Below, piece after piece: positions 10,346 to 19,778 of a DNA stretch of 64,000 nucleotides. Position 1 is the stretch's first letter. Each line of letters starts with the position of its first letter. A model generated the notes under the pieces. The model had not been told where the DNA came from. It searched no databases and saw nothing but the letters and a program-made list of their open reading frames with translations. The stretch is from Candidatus Kapaibacterium sp. (GTDB lineage Bacteria; Bacteroidota; Ignavibacteria; Kapaibacteriales; UBA2268): the NCBI GenBank assembly GCA_963665665.1, contig OY762428.1:1248001-1312000 (forward strand), read 5' to 3'. The position numbers and the translations under genes are program-made.

Positions 10346-10420
10346 AATCTCCGTAATAAAAATCAATAAATCGCTCCGCAATAAGCGGATTCAATAAAAG
10401 TGTATTTGTAATGATTAAGA

Positions 10421-10918
10421 TTAAAGGAGATTATCCGGAACATCATCCCGGTCTGAACTGAATTGTTTGGCCAGTATTATTGAAAGGATAAGTTGTGGTT
10501 TCCGGACAATTTCTACAAAGGGCCCGGAAAAATTATTATCAAAGTCAGATATATAAAGCTTCTCTCTTATAATATCGCTGATATATTCTTTAAGAAGAAC
10601 TTTCACTTTCGCAAAATGATTAGGAATATCAAAGCTTACATCCAAAACATGGAAATCAGAATAATTGATACAATGCCCGAAATCATCAAAAAACTGAGTA
10701 TCATTATTTCCGTAATCATTCGCCATAGTGCAGCAAGCACCACCACTACAACAATTGCAATTTTCATGATGCCCCTCGCAGCTAAGGTCGGAACTTAAAG
10801 ATGCGAACTTCATACCTGTATGCGAACACTCGTGATAATAAATCTCAACACCAATCAGCGAAAGCATCACCGACTGGATAAGAATTATTGCTACGATATG
10901 TTTGAAATACTTTTTCAT
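10421..10918 (-). CDS. Cys/His-rich protein, HYC_CC_PP-like, first gene of the TonB-receptor/HMA operon
   Basis: N-terminal hydrophobic segment, YYHEC, CEGHHENCNCC..CC; position upstream of a TonB-dependent receptor. Confidence 0.65.
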   Translation of the reverse strand: MKKYFKHIVAIILIQSVMLSLIGVEIYYHECSHTGMKFASLSSDLSCEGHHENCNCCSGGACCTMANDYGNNDTQFFDDFGHCINYSDFHVLDVSFDIPNHFAKVKVLLKEYISDIIREKLYISDFDNNFSGPFVEIVRKPQLILSIILAKQFSSDRDDVPDNLL

Positions 10919-10940
10919 ATTCTTCAAGAATTACGAATAA

Positions 10941-10948
10941 CAAAATTA
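10941..10948 (-). promoter_or_regulatory. Bacteroidota-type -7 promoter element TAATTTTG
   Basis: Exact TAnnTTTG 23 bp upstream of the ATG. Confidence 0.45.
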
Positions 10949-11379
10949 CATATTTTGGATTGAAATTAAAAAACATGATCGAATAATTATTCAGGTTGCC
11001 TGCTGCCTGTAATGAAGTTTATATAAAACAGACAAAATATTCAATAGCTACGCTCTTTAACTCGTGGATAAAGATGCAAGGTTCGGAGGCAAAGAAAGAA
11101 AACCACTCCTATAACCCCATCCTCCGCGAGGATGGGATAAGAAGTTAAATATCATAAGATTAACTCCCCCTCTTTCGAAGGAGGGAGCCGGGGGGAGGTT
11201 GGGAGGGTCTATGGTAATGCACCGTTGTTTTGCTTCATTGATACCTTGTTCCAAATCAAAGCAAGAAAACCACCCCTGTATTCCCCTCCTACTTTAGGAG
11301 GGGATAAGAAGTTAAATAACATAGAATTAACTCCCCCTCCTTTCGAAGGAGGGGGGCGGGGGGAGGTAGGAAGTGTCGA

Positions 11380-12035
11380 AAGCAATGTACCAATGGTTGA
11401 AGATAATGAACTCTTGGTTGAAGCTATTGCAGCAATGTTTTGCTTTATTGCTGCCTTGTTTGAAGCTGTTGATACCTTGTTCGAAGTTATTGCTGCCTTG
11501 GTCGGAGTTATTGACGCCTTGGTCGGAGTTATTGACGCCTTGGTCGGAGGCAAAGAAACAAAACCTCCCCTGTATTCCCCTCCTCCGCGAGGAGGGGATA
11601 AGAAGTTAAATAACATAGAATTAACTCCCCCTCCTTCCGAAGGATGTGGCCGGGGGGAGGTAGGAAGTGTCGAAAGCAAAGCACCGATGTTCTAAGCCAT
11701 TGCAACAATGTTTTGCTTTATTGACGCCTTGGTCGAAGGCATTGCTGCCTTGGTCGGAGGCATTGCTGCAATGTTTTGCTTTATTGTTCCCTTGGTCGGA
11801 GGTAAAATACCGTTGTTCGAGGGCATTATTGCCTTATTCTTCTTCAAAGCCCTCTCCTTCGGGGAGGGTTTGGGAGGGGTCGGAGCCATTGCACCAATGT
11901 TTGATTCTATTGTTGCTTTATTCTTCTTCAAAGCCCTCTCCTTCGGGGAGGGTTTGGGAGGGGTCGGAGTTATTGCACAGATGTTTGATTCAATTGTTGC
12001 CTCGGTCGGTGGTAATGATTGCTTGTGTAGTATTG
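11380..12035. repeat. Left degenerate 21-bp array (ATTGCTGCCTTGGTCGGAGTT type) interrupted by GC-rich hairpins
   Basis: Units visible at 11426-11549 and 11699-12035; CCCTCTCCTTCGGGGAGGG at about 11850 and 11934. Confidence 0.9.
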
Positions 12036-12044
12036 GAATCCGAA

Positions 12045-12564
12045 ATATTTAGCTGATTGAATAATTTATAATACTTGAATAATAAAATATATCATAAGAA
12101 TTAGTAAATATTTAAGTATTTGTAATAAATATATTTATCAGATTATTAAATAATCATATAGATTTACAATATTAATAATATAACTAATCAAATAAATAAT
12201 TCATACAAGACATTAATCACTGTTTTTTATAAATTCTTCTTCTTCTTTTATAAAATATATTGGGTATCCAAGTATATATTTAATTGTTCTAACAAATTAG
12301 ATATACTGATTAATTAATAGGTTAATACTAATATTTAATAGTCTATAATATTAATTTAATAAATCATACCAATTATTTAATTATATGTATAAGATAAATA
12401 GTTATTTATATAAAAAGTTTTGTTAGATGAACTATATCAAGGCTTGGATATGTTATATAAATTATTATAAATACTATATATTTATTACAATTAGTATAAT
12501 ATTTAGTAATTTTACCTATATATTTGATTATTAGTTCTATCTATATACTATTCTCATCTCTACC
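12045..12564. other. Extremely AT-rich non-coding core with inverted self-homology
   Basis: 12078-12134 matches the reverse complement of 12476-12532 at about 46/57 ungapped; no ORF of 60 aa or more lies within it. Confidence 0.8.
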
Positions 12565-12582
12565 TTCGGGATTTCAATGCCA

Positions 12583-12846
12583 AACAAGCAAGCAACGAGG
12601 CGGAACAAGCAAGCAATGAAGCCGAACAAGTGAGCAATGAAGCCGAACAAGTGAGCAATGAAGCGGAACAAGCGAGCAATTAGGCAAAACAAGACAGCAA
12701 TTAGGCAAAACAAGACAGCAATGAGGCATAACAAGTGAGCAATGAAGCAGAACAAGCAAGCAACGAGGCGAAACAAGCGTACAATGAAGCGGAACAAGAC
12801 ATCAGTGAGGCAAAACAAGTGTGCAATAAGCCGGAACAAGACAGTT
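12583..12846. repeat. Right 21-bp array AACAAG-NN-AGCAATGARGC-NN, about 12.5 units
   Basis: Invariant AACAAG every 21 bp. Confidence 0.95.
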
Positions 12847-13400
12847 TAAAGCCCTGCCAACAAAGCAATTATCCCAAACATCAGGATTCTGGTTCGAAAC
12901 AGCATTGAATTAAGGAAATTATCCGATTCATTGAAACCACAGGATGGGGAATTAAGGCGATCGGCCTGTTCATTGGGGTGGAAGAACGGGTAAACTGAGC
13001 AAAAGAATGAGATGTTATGTTGTCATTCCCCGACACGTCGGGGCAGGCTTCCGGAGCGAAGCGACCGAAGAATCCATCTTCTTTAGTTAGATAGTGTATG
13101 AAGAATGGATACTTCGCTCCGCTCAGTATGACAATACACCCTTAAAGCCTCCTTCCCAAGCCCCCGCTTGGGAAGGAATTTTTCCTGCAAAGTTCTACTT
13201 TGGAATTATGAAGCTCAGCTTCAAAAGAAAACTGCATTACGAAGTACAACTTCGTAATGAGGGGAAATGCATTAAGAATGGATTCTTCGCTGGCGCTCAG
13301 AATGACATCCCAGCAACTATAATAACTTCAATAGGAAAAGAATCCACCCCCGGCCTGTCGGGGCCGGCGGGCTTCTCCCAAAGTTGCACTTTCGGGAGTT

Positions 13401-14009
13401 TCACTCAGCCACAATGAATTTGAAATGATCGATTGTTTTATTGTGTTTGATTTTCAGGCCTGATTTTTCAACTATGGGTTCCAGTCCGCCATTTCGGTAA
13501 TAATTAACAAAACCGCTAAAATGATCCGGCCCGGCAAAAAACTCGGCAAGATAATTTGATATTCCGCGCAGGTCAAGTGGCTGTGGTATGCTGTAGTCCA
13601 CTATTATTAATTTGTCCGATACGCTTTTCATGGATTTCAGCACGTCGATACGTATTTCCGGTGGCATTTCGTGTAGTGCATAAGAAATAAATGCCCAGTT
13701 GAAACCGCCGTTTGATATTTTATTCAGTTCAAGGGCATTGCCGTGAACAAAATCCACATTACCAATCTTTTTATTTCTTCTTATTTTATCAGCTTCCCTG
13801 ATGTTTTTCGAGGAAAGGTCAATTCCTGTTACTTTATCGGCAAGGTTTGCTGCAATAAATGAGAAGCCCCCGGTAGCGCAGGCAACATCGAGAACGGAGC
13901 CCGTCCTGCCGATATATTCAGCAGCCATTTTATATACTTTCTCCTGGTGCGGCACAATAAACTTCTCATAAAAAGCGCCGTCGTACCAGTGTTTCTTTTC
14001 TCTTTGCAT
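13401..14009 (-). CDS. Class I SAM-dependent methyltransferase
   Basis: VLDVACATG motif I, GIDLS, GNA, SYALHE. Confidence 0.88.
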   Translation of the reverse strand: MQREKKHWYDGAFYEKFIVPHQEKVYKMAAEYIGRTGSVLDVACATGGFSFIAANLADKVTGIDLSSKNIREADKIRRNKKIGNVDFVHGNALELNKISNGGFNWAFISYALHEMPPEIRIDVLKSMKSVSDKLIIVDYSIPQPLDLRGISNYLAEFFAGPDHFSGFVNYYRNGGLEPIVEKSGLKIKHNKTIDHFKFIVAE

Positions 14010-14026
14010 TTTCCAGCTGTTATTGT

Positions 14027-14353
14027 TTAATAAAAGCCAAGTTCCATCTGTGCTGCTTCGCTCATCATTGACTGATCCCAGGGCGGATCGAATGTAAGAA
14101 TAACTTTTGCATCCTTTACAGCGTCGATTTCTTTAACTTTCGTTTCCACTTCGCCGGGCATAGACCCCGCAGCGGGACAGTTTGGTGCTGTTAAAGTCAT
14201 TAATATCACTACTTCTTTTTCGGCTGTAACCTTTACGTCGTATATCAGGCCAAGCTCCCATATATTAACAGGTATTTCCGGATCAAATACAGTTTTTATC
14301 TGATCCACTGCCTTCATTTCGATTTCTTTGAGTTCAGTTAACTGATTATCCAT
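14027..14353 (-). CDS. DUF59/SufT-type Fe-S assembly protein
   Basis: DPEIPVNIWELGLIY, MTLTAPNCP, FDPPW. Confidence 0.9.
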   Translation of the reverse strand: MDNQLTELKEIEMKAVDQIKTVFDPEIPVNIWELGLIYDVKVTAEKEVVILMTLTAPNCPAAGSMPGEVETKVKEIDAVKDAKVILTFDPPWDQSMMSEAAQMELGFY

Positions 14354-14360
14354 AACAACC

Positions 14361-14804
14361 TCAGCATTCATCTTTTTCATCAATAGCATCTATCATTGTG
14401 TGCCAGGCAAGGGATGCGCATTTCACCCTGGCCGGAAATTCGCGCACGCCGGAAAATACTGCGAGTTTGCCAAGCTCGGCCATATCCGGTTCTTCATCAA
14501 CAGGCATTGTTACTACATGATGAAACTTATCGAACATTTGCTTTGCCTCTTCAACGGTTTTACCTTTCACCATTGTTGTCAGCAGCGATGCGGAGGCTTT
14601 GGAAATAGCACAACCCTCGCCGGTAAACTTTATATCTTTTATAATATTATCCGAATCAATATCCAGCTGTATATCTATCTGGTCTCCGCATAGGGGATTA
14701 TGACCGTGAGCACACCTGTTCTTAGTTTGAAGTTCACCGAAATTCCTCGGTGATTTATTGTGGTCCAATATTACTTCCTGATAAAGATCATTTATTTCAC
14801 TCAT
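14361..14804 (-). CDS. sufU: SUF-system NifU/IscU-like protein
   Basis: LYQEVILDH, NPLCGD, GCAISKAS, RVKCA. Confidence 0.92.
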   Translation of the reverse strand: MSEINDLYQEVILDHNKSPRNFGELQTKNRCAHGHNPLCGDQIDIQLDIDSDNIIKDIKFTGEGCAISKASASLLTTMVKGKTVEEAKQMFDKFHHVVTMPVDEEPDMAELGKLAVFSGVREFPARVKCASLAWHTMIDAIDEKDEC

Positions 14805-14821
14805 CTCAAAACCTGAATTTT

Positions 14822-16087
14822 TTACGAAAACATATTTATAACTTTTTTAAGTGCTTTTGCCAGTTCGTCAATTTCTTCTTTTGTATTGTAGAATGCAAAG
14901 GATGCACGGGAAGTAGCCGGAATACCAAACCTTCTCATTACCGGTTCTGTGCAGTGGTGACCGGTTCTGACAGCTATACCCTGCGTATCGAGTAAAGTTC
15001 CCACGTCATGCGGATGAATATTATCAAGAACAAAAGAAATGGCTCCTGCTTTTTCCTTGGCAGTACCAATGATTTTAAGTCCGTTTATTGCAGATAGCTT
15101 TTCGGTTCCATATTCCATCAATTCTTTTTCGTATGCGGCAATTTTATCTATCCCTGTTTTTCTGACGTAGGTGATAGCTTCTCCAAGGCCAATGGCACCG
15201 ACAATATTTGGCGTTCCGGCTTCGAACCTGTAAGGCAGGTCGTTGTAAATAGTTTTTTCAAATGTTACGGATTTAATCATATCCCCGCCACCCTGATACG
15301 GCGGCATTTCAGCAAGAATATCTTTCTTTCCGTATAATACGCCTATCCCTGTAGGGCCGTATATTTTATGGCCTGAAAAAGCCATGAAATCAACATCGAG
15401 TTCTCTTACATCGACGGGAATATGCTGTATAGACTGTGCCGTATCCATTAAAACAACAGCACCAACTTCATGGGCAGCATCAATAATCTGCTTTGCAGGA
15501 TTGATAGTGCCAAGGGAATTCGATACATGAACAAAAGATACAATTTTTGTCCTTCTGTTCAACATTTTATAATATTCTTCAAGATCAATTTCGCCATCGT
15601 CGGTTATCGGAACAACTTTAAGAATAGCGCCGCTGTCTTGTGCAAGGAGCTGCCAGGGAACAATATTGGAGTGATGTTCCATTCCGGTAATAAGTATTTC
15701 ATCGCCATGTTTTACATTGGCCCTGCCCCATGTGGATGCAACCAGGTTGATGGATTCAGTTGTGCCGCGTGTAAAGATCAGCTCGATATCCCTTGTGGAA
15801 TTTACCAGCTTTTGTATCTGATGCCTTGCCGCTTCGTACCTGCGGGTAGCTTCCTGGCTAAGGTGGTGCACCCCGCGATGAATATTACTGTTATAATTAG
15901 TATAATATTTCGTTATTTCATCAATTACCTGCCTGGGTTTCTGCGTAGTAGCAGCATTGTCAAGGTAAATCAGCGGCCTGTTATGCACTTCCTGCGCAAG
16001 TACCGGAAAATCTGACCTGATCTTATCAATATCCAGGCCGTGGGTATTTAATTTAGTTGCTGTTGCATTCATATATGGATCTTTCAT
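14822..16087 (-). CDS. sufS: Cysteine desulfurase SufS
   Basis: YLDNAATTQKP, SGHK, RTGHHC. Confidence 0.95.
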   Translation of the reverse strand: MKDPYMNATATKLNTHGLDIDKIRSDFPVLAQEVHNRPLIYLDNAATTQKPRQVIDEITKYYTNYNSNIHRGVHHLSQEATRRYEAARHQIQKLVNSTRDIELIFTRGTTESINLVASTWGRANVKHGDEILITGMEHHSNIVPWQLLAQDSGAILKVVPITDDGEIDLEEYYKMLNRRTKIVSFVHVSNSLGTINPAKQIIDAAHEVGAVVLMDTAQSIQHIPVDVRELDVDFMAFSGHKIYGPTGIGVLYGKKDILAEMPPYQGGGDMIKSVTFEKTIYNDLPYRFEAGTPNIVGAIGLGEAITYVRKTGIDKIAAYEKELMEYGTEKLSAINGLKIIGTAKEKAGAISFVLDNIHPHDVGTLLDTQGIAVRTGHHCTEPVMRRFGIPATSRASFAFYNTKEEIDELAKALKKVINMFS

Positions 16088-16106
16088 TTCTTTCCGGTTT
16101 TTTATT

Positions 16107-17426
16107 CTAAAAATTCAATATGTCATCTATTTTCTCTAATAGAAATTTCTTTAATCCTTCAATTTCAATTTCCTCGACGATTTCATCGGCAAATGCTTTT
16201 AAGAGTAGTGAACGGGCTGCATCTTCGTCAATTCCACGAGCCCTGAAATAGAATATAGCTTCGTCGTCAAGCGATCCCGTTGTAGCGCCATGACTGCATT
16301 TTACATCATCGGCATAAATTTCAAGCTGGGGTTTTGTATTAATTTTTGCATCGTCAGTCAGCAGGATATTCCTGTTTGTCTGGTATGCATTTGTTCTTTG
16401 TGCATCAGGCCTTACCAGGATTTTCCCATTGAAAACGGCTCTTGATTTGTCATCCAGTATACCTTTGAAAAGCTGATTGCTTGTACAGTCGGGACTTTTA
16501 TGGTCAATTAAAATGTGATTTTCAACAAAGCGCTCGTCTGTGGTTATAAAAACACCTTTCATATCGGCATCAGCTCCACTGCCAAGCAGGGTGGTTTTTA
16601 AATTATTCCTGACAAATGAACCGTCGATGCTTACAGTATAATTTTTAAATGAAGAATCCCGATGCTGATCAAGGATAAGGTCGTTTATACTATAGGAGCC
16701 TTCCCTGTCATTTCTCACGGCATAATAATTTACTCTGCTTCCTGCTGATAAGCTGCCATAAGTAGCGGTATTTGTAAACGACATATTCGAACCGAGCGAT
16801 AAATCGGAGACCACTATATTTATAGATGAGTTTTCGCCTGCCTGAATAAAATTCATAGTGTTAGAAAATACATTTCCATTATTCGTATCGCTCAGATTTA
16901 TTATATGTACGGGACGAGAAAATGAATAATTCCGAGCCAGCTTAATTAATAAGCCGTCCGAAGCAAGTCCGGAGTTAACGGCAAGGAATGGATTTTTTCT
17001 GTAATCCCCGGAAGTAATCATATCCTTAACAGGAATAATTTCTTCATCGACGGTATTTCTGATCGGCTTTATTGTAATATTTTCATTATTCAGCAATTCC
17101 GATCCGTCTTCCTGGACGTAGCCGTTTACGATATATATTTTCACTGCATTTTCAATATCAGGCAGCCTGTCTGATTTATCAATAATAATCTTATCAATAT
17201 CATCAAAAGACGGTATTGTAAAATCATTTTTTCTCAGGAAATTAAGCGAGGTATATTTCCATTCTTCATGTTTCGGAGTTGGTAAACCCATTTCTGAAAA
17301 AACTTTAATAGCTTCTTTTTTCATAATATTTATTTCAGAATCGGCATTTCCGTTCATGGCTGCTTTTATCCTGTCAAATTCATCGGCAACCAGTTTTTTA
17401 AAATCAATTTTTTTTATTTCATTCAT
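16107..17426 (-). CDS. sufD: Fe-S assembly protein SufD
   Basis: EEWKYT, KPQLEIYADDVKCSHG. Confidence 0.93.
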   Translation of the reverse strand: MNEIKKIDFKKLVADEFDRIKAAMNGNADSEINIMKKEAIKVFSEMGLPTPKHEEWKYTSLNFLRKNDFTIPSFDDIDKIIIDKSDRLPDIENAVKIYIVNGYVQEDGSELLNNENITIKPIRNTVDEEIIPVKDMITSGDYRKNPFLAVNSGLASDGLLIKLARNYSFSRPVHIINLSDTNNGNVFSNTMNFIQAGENSSINIVVSDLSLGSNMSFTNTATYGSLSAGSRVNYYAVRNDREGSYSINDLILDQHRDSSFKNYTVSIDGSFVRNNLKTTLLGSGADADMKGVFITTDERFVENHILIDHKSPDCTSNQLFKGILDDKSRAVFNGKILVRPDAQRTNAYQTNRNILLTDDAKINTKPQLEIYADDVKCSHGATTGSLDDEAIFYFRARGIDEDAARSLLLKAFADEIVEEIEIEGLKKFLLEKIDDILNF

Positions 17427-17438
17427 AATTTGCTCCGC

Positions 17439-18197
17439 TTATGCTGCATTTTCATTTTTTATCCAGTCGTAGCCCTTTTCTTCAAGTTCCAGCGCCAGTT
17501 CCTTTGAACCGGATTTAACAATCTTGCCATTATAAAGCACATGAACAAAGTCAGGCACTATATAATCAAGTAATCGCTGGTAGTGAGTAATTACCACGAA
17601 GCCGTTTTTGTCGTTTTTCAGTTTATTAACTCCGTTTGCTACAATCCTCAGCGCGTCGATATCAAGCCCCGAGTCAGTTTCATCCAGTATTCCTACTGTT
17701 GGTTCCAGCATTGCCATCTGGAATATTTCATTCCTTTTTTTCTCGCCCCCGGAAAAGCCTTCGTTAACTGAGCGGCGCAGGAATTTATCATCCATTTCAA
17801 CTAAGGATGCTTTCTGTTTCATAAGCTGGAGAAAGTCCATGGCGTCAAGCGGATCAAGGCCGCGAAATTTCCTTACTTCATTTACTGCTGTTTTCATAAA
17901 ATTAGCATTTGACACTCCGGGAATTTCCATCGGGTACTGGAATGCCAGGAAAAGGCCTGATCTTGCCCTGTCCTCGGCAGGCATATCAAGCAGCTCTTTA
18001 TCGTCAAATGTTACCGAGCCGGCAGTAACTTCATATTCTTCTTTTCCTGCCAAAACCGAAGCCAGGGTGCTTTTTCCCGAACCGTTCGGCCCCATAATGG
18101 CGTGTATCTCGCCGGGATTTACCTCAAGGTTTATACCGTTCAATATTTGATTGTCGCCAATTTTAGCGTGCAGGTCTTTTATGCTTATTAATGACAT
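17439..18197 (-). CDS. sufC: Fe-S assembly ATPase SufC
   Basis: [27 protein letters not shown]. Confidence 0.96.
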   Translation of the reverse strand: MSLISIKDLHAKIGDNQILNGINLEVNPGEIHAIMGPNGSGKSTLASVLAGKEEYEVTAGSVTFDDKELLDMPAEDRARSGLFLAFQYPMEIPGVSNANFMKTAVNEVRKFRGLDPLDAMDFLQLMKQKASLVEMDDKFLRRSVNEGFSGGEKKRNEIFQMAMLEPTVGILDETDSGLDIDALRIVANGVNKLKNDKNGFVVITHYQRLLDYIVPDFVHVLYNGKIVKSGSKELALELEEKGYDWIKNENAA

Positions 18198-18306
18198 CTT
18201 CTACTCTCTTTAAATATTTATAATTTATATTCTCGTTTATTTTTTCGGTGAAGCTTTTAGCTACACCCGGATTTTGTAATTTGGGTAACAATTAAAGTTA
18301 CTCCTG

Positions 18307-19752
18307 CTATCCGACGCTTCCTTCAAGGCTAACCGCAAGAAGTTTCTGTGCTTCCACGGCAAATTCCATAGGCAGTTGGTTCAGCACTTCTTTGGCATAG
18401 CCGTTTACGATCATTCCCACAGCATCCTCGGTTGAAATACCTCTTTGGTTGAAATAAAAGAGGATATCATCGGATATTTTCGAGGTTGTGGCTTCATGTT
18501 CCACCATTGCTGATTTATTTGTAGATTCAATATAAGGGAATGTATGCGCACCGCATTTGTCGCCAATCAGAAGAGAATCGCACTGGGAATAATTTTTGGC
18601 ATTCTCTGCTTTTTTATTAATACTTACAAGTCCGCGATAGCTGTTCTGGCTTAGCCCGGCGGAAATACCTTTTGAAACTATTCTTGATTTTGTGTTTTTA
18701 CCGAGGTGTATCATTTTTGTTCCCGTATCTGCCTGCTGATGGTTATTGGTCATAGCAACAGAGTAGAATTCGCCAACCGAATTATCGCCTTTCAGTATGC
18801 ATCCAGGGTATTTCCATGTTACCGATGAACCTGTTTCCACCTGTGTCCAGGAGATTTTTGAATTATCGCCTTCGCATATTCCGCGTTTTGTTACAAAATT
18901 ATATATTCCGCCTTTGCCTTCCTTGTCTCCGGGGTACCAGTTCTGCACTGTTGAATATTTTATTTCAGCATCCTTGTGCGCTACAAGTTCCACAACTGCG
19001 GCGTGAAGCTGATTCTCATCCCTCATTGGTGCAGTACACCCCTCAAGGTAGCTAACATAAGCGCCTTCCTCTGCAATTATTAATGTTCTTTCAAACTGGC
19101 CTGTCGAGGCGGCGTTTATCCTGAAATATGTGGAAAGCTCCATTGGCGAACGTACTCCTTTGGGAATATATACAAAGGAACCGTCTGAAAACACGGCCGA
19201 ATTCAAAGCGGCAAAGTAATTATCCGTTACCGGTACCACGCTGCCGATATATTTTTCCACCAGGTCAGGATGCTTTTGCAAGGCCTCGCTGATAGGCATG
19301 AAAATAATACCTGCTTTTGACAATGTATCTTTAAAAGTAGTTGCAACAGATACGCTGTCAAGAACTGCATCAACAGCCACGCCGGCAAGTTTTTTCTGCT
19401 CATCGAGAGGAATACCCAGTTTATTGAATGTTTCAATCAGTTCAGGATCAACGTCGTCCATACTTTTCGGGCCTTCCTTTTTTACCGGGGCGGCATAATA
19501 ATACGCATCCTGGTAATTAATAGGAGGATACTTTACTTTTGCCCAATCCGGCTCTTTCATTTTCTGCCACTGGCGGAATGCCTTTAAACGCCAGTTCAAC
19601 ATGAATTCCGGTTCGTTCTTCTTTTGCGATATGAACCTGACAATATCTTCGTTCAGGCCTTTAGGAGCAAATTCCTGCTCAATATTTGATACGAAGCCGT
19701 GCTCGTATTCTTTATTTGCCAGTTCATCTAATATTTTTTTTTCATCACTCAT
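18307..19752 (-). CDS. sufB: Fe-S assembly protein SufB
   Basis: [31 protein letters not shown]. Confidence 0.96.
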   Translation of the reverse strand: MSDEKKILDELANKEYEHGFVSNIEQEFAPKGLNEDIVRFISQKKNEPEFMLNWRLKAFRQWQKMKEPDWAKVKYPPINYQDAYYYAAPVKKEGPKSMDDVDPELIETFNKLGIPLDEQKKLAGVAVDAVLDSVSVATTFKDTLSKAGIIFMPISEALQKHPDLVEKYIGSVVPVTDNYFAALNSAVFSDGSFVYIPKGVRSPMELSTYFRINAASTGQFERTLIIAEEGAYVSYLEGCTAPMRDENQLHAAVVELVAHKDAEIKYSTVQNWYPGDKEGKGGIYNFVTKRGICEGDNSKISWTQVETGSSVTWKYPGCILKGDNSVGEFYSVAMTNNHQQADTGTKMIHLGKNTKSRIVSKGISAGLSQNSYRGLVSINKKAENAKNYSQCDSLLIGDKCGAHTFPYIESTNKSAMVEHEATTSKISDDILFYFNQRGISTEDAVGMIVNGYAKEVLNQLPMEFAVEAQKLLAVSLEGSVG

Positions 19753-19778
19753 TTATATACCTGTAATTAAATTCAAAA

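Larger units (their letters stand above)
11030..13310. mobile_element. Composite foldback repeat island, copy 1 (hairpin modules + left 21-bp array + AT-rich core + inverted right 21-bp array + 144-bp block + REP-like palindromes)
   Basis: Blocks homologous to 33070-34190, 43470-45090 (inverted) and 58210-58300; mobility inferred only from dispersed copies. Confidence 0.75.

Noticed and set aside
12045-12564. Chromosomal oriC or plasmid origin
   Set aside because: No DnaA-box cluster, rep gene or dnaA context seen; retained only as an analogy.
12583-12846. CRISPR or TIGR-like guide array
   Set aside because: Units are contiguous with only 2-nt variable positions; there are no unique spacers and no cas or Nop-domain gene in the window.
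11057-13417. Many short ORFs over island copy 1
   Set aside because: Translations of hairpins and 21-mers in multiple frames on both strands; treated as shadow ORFs.
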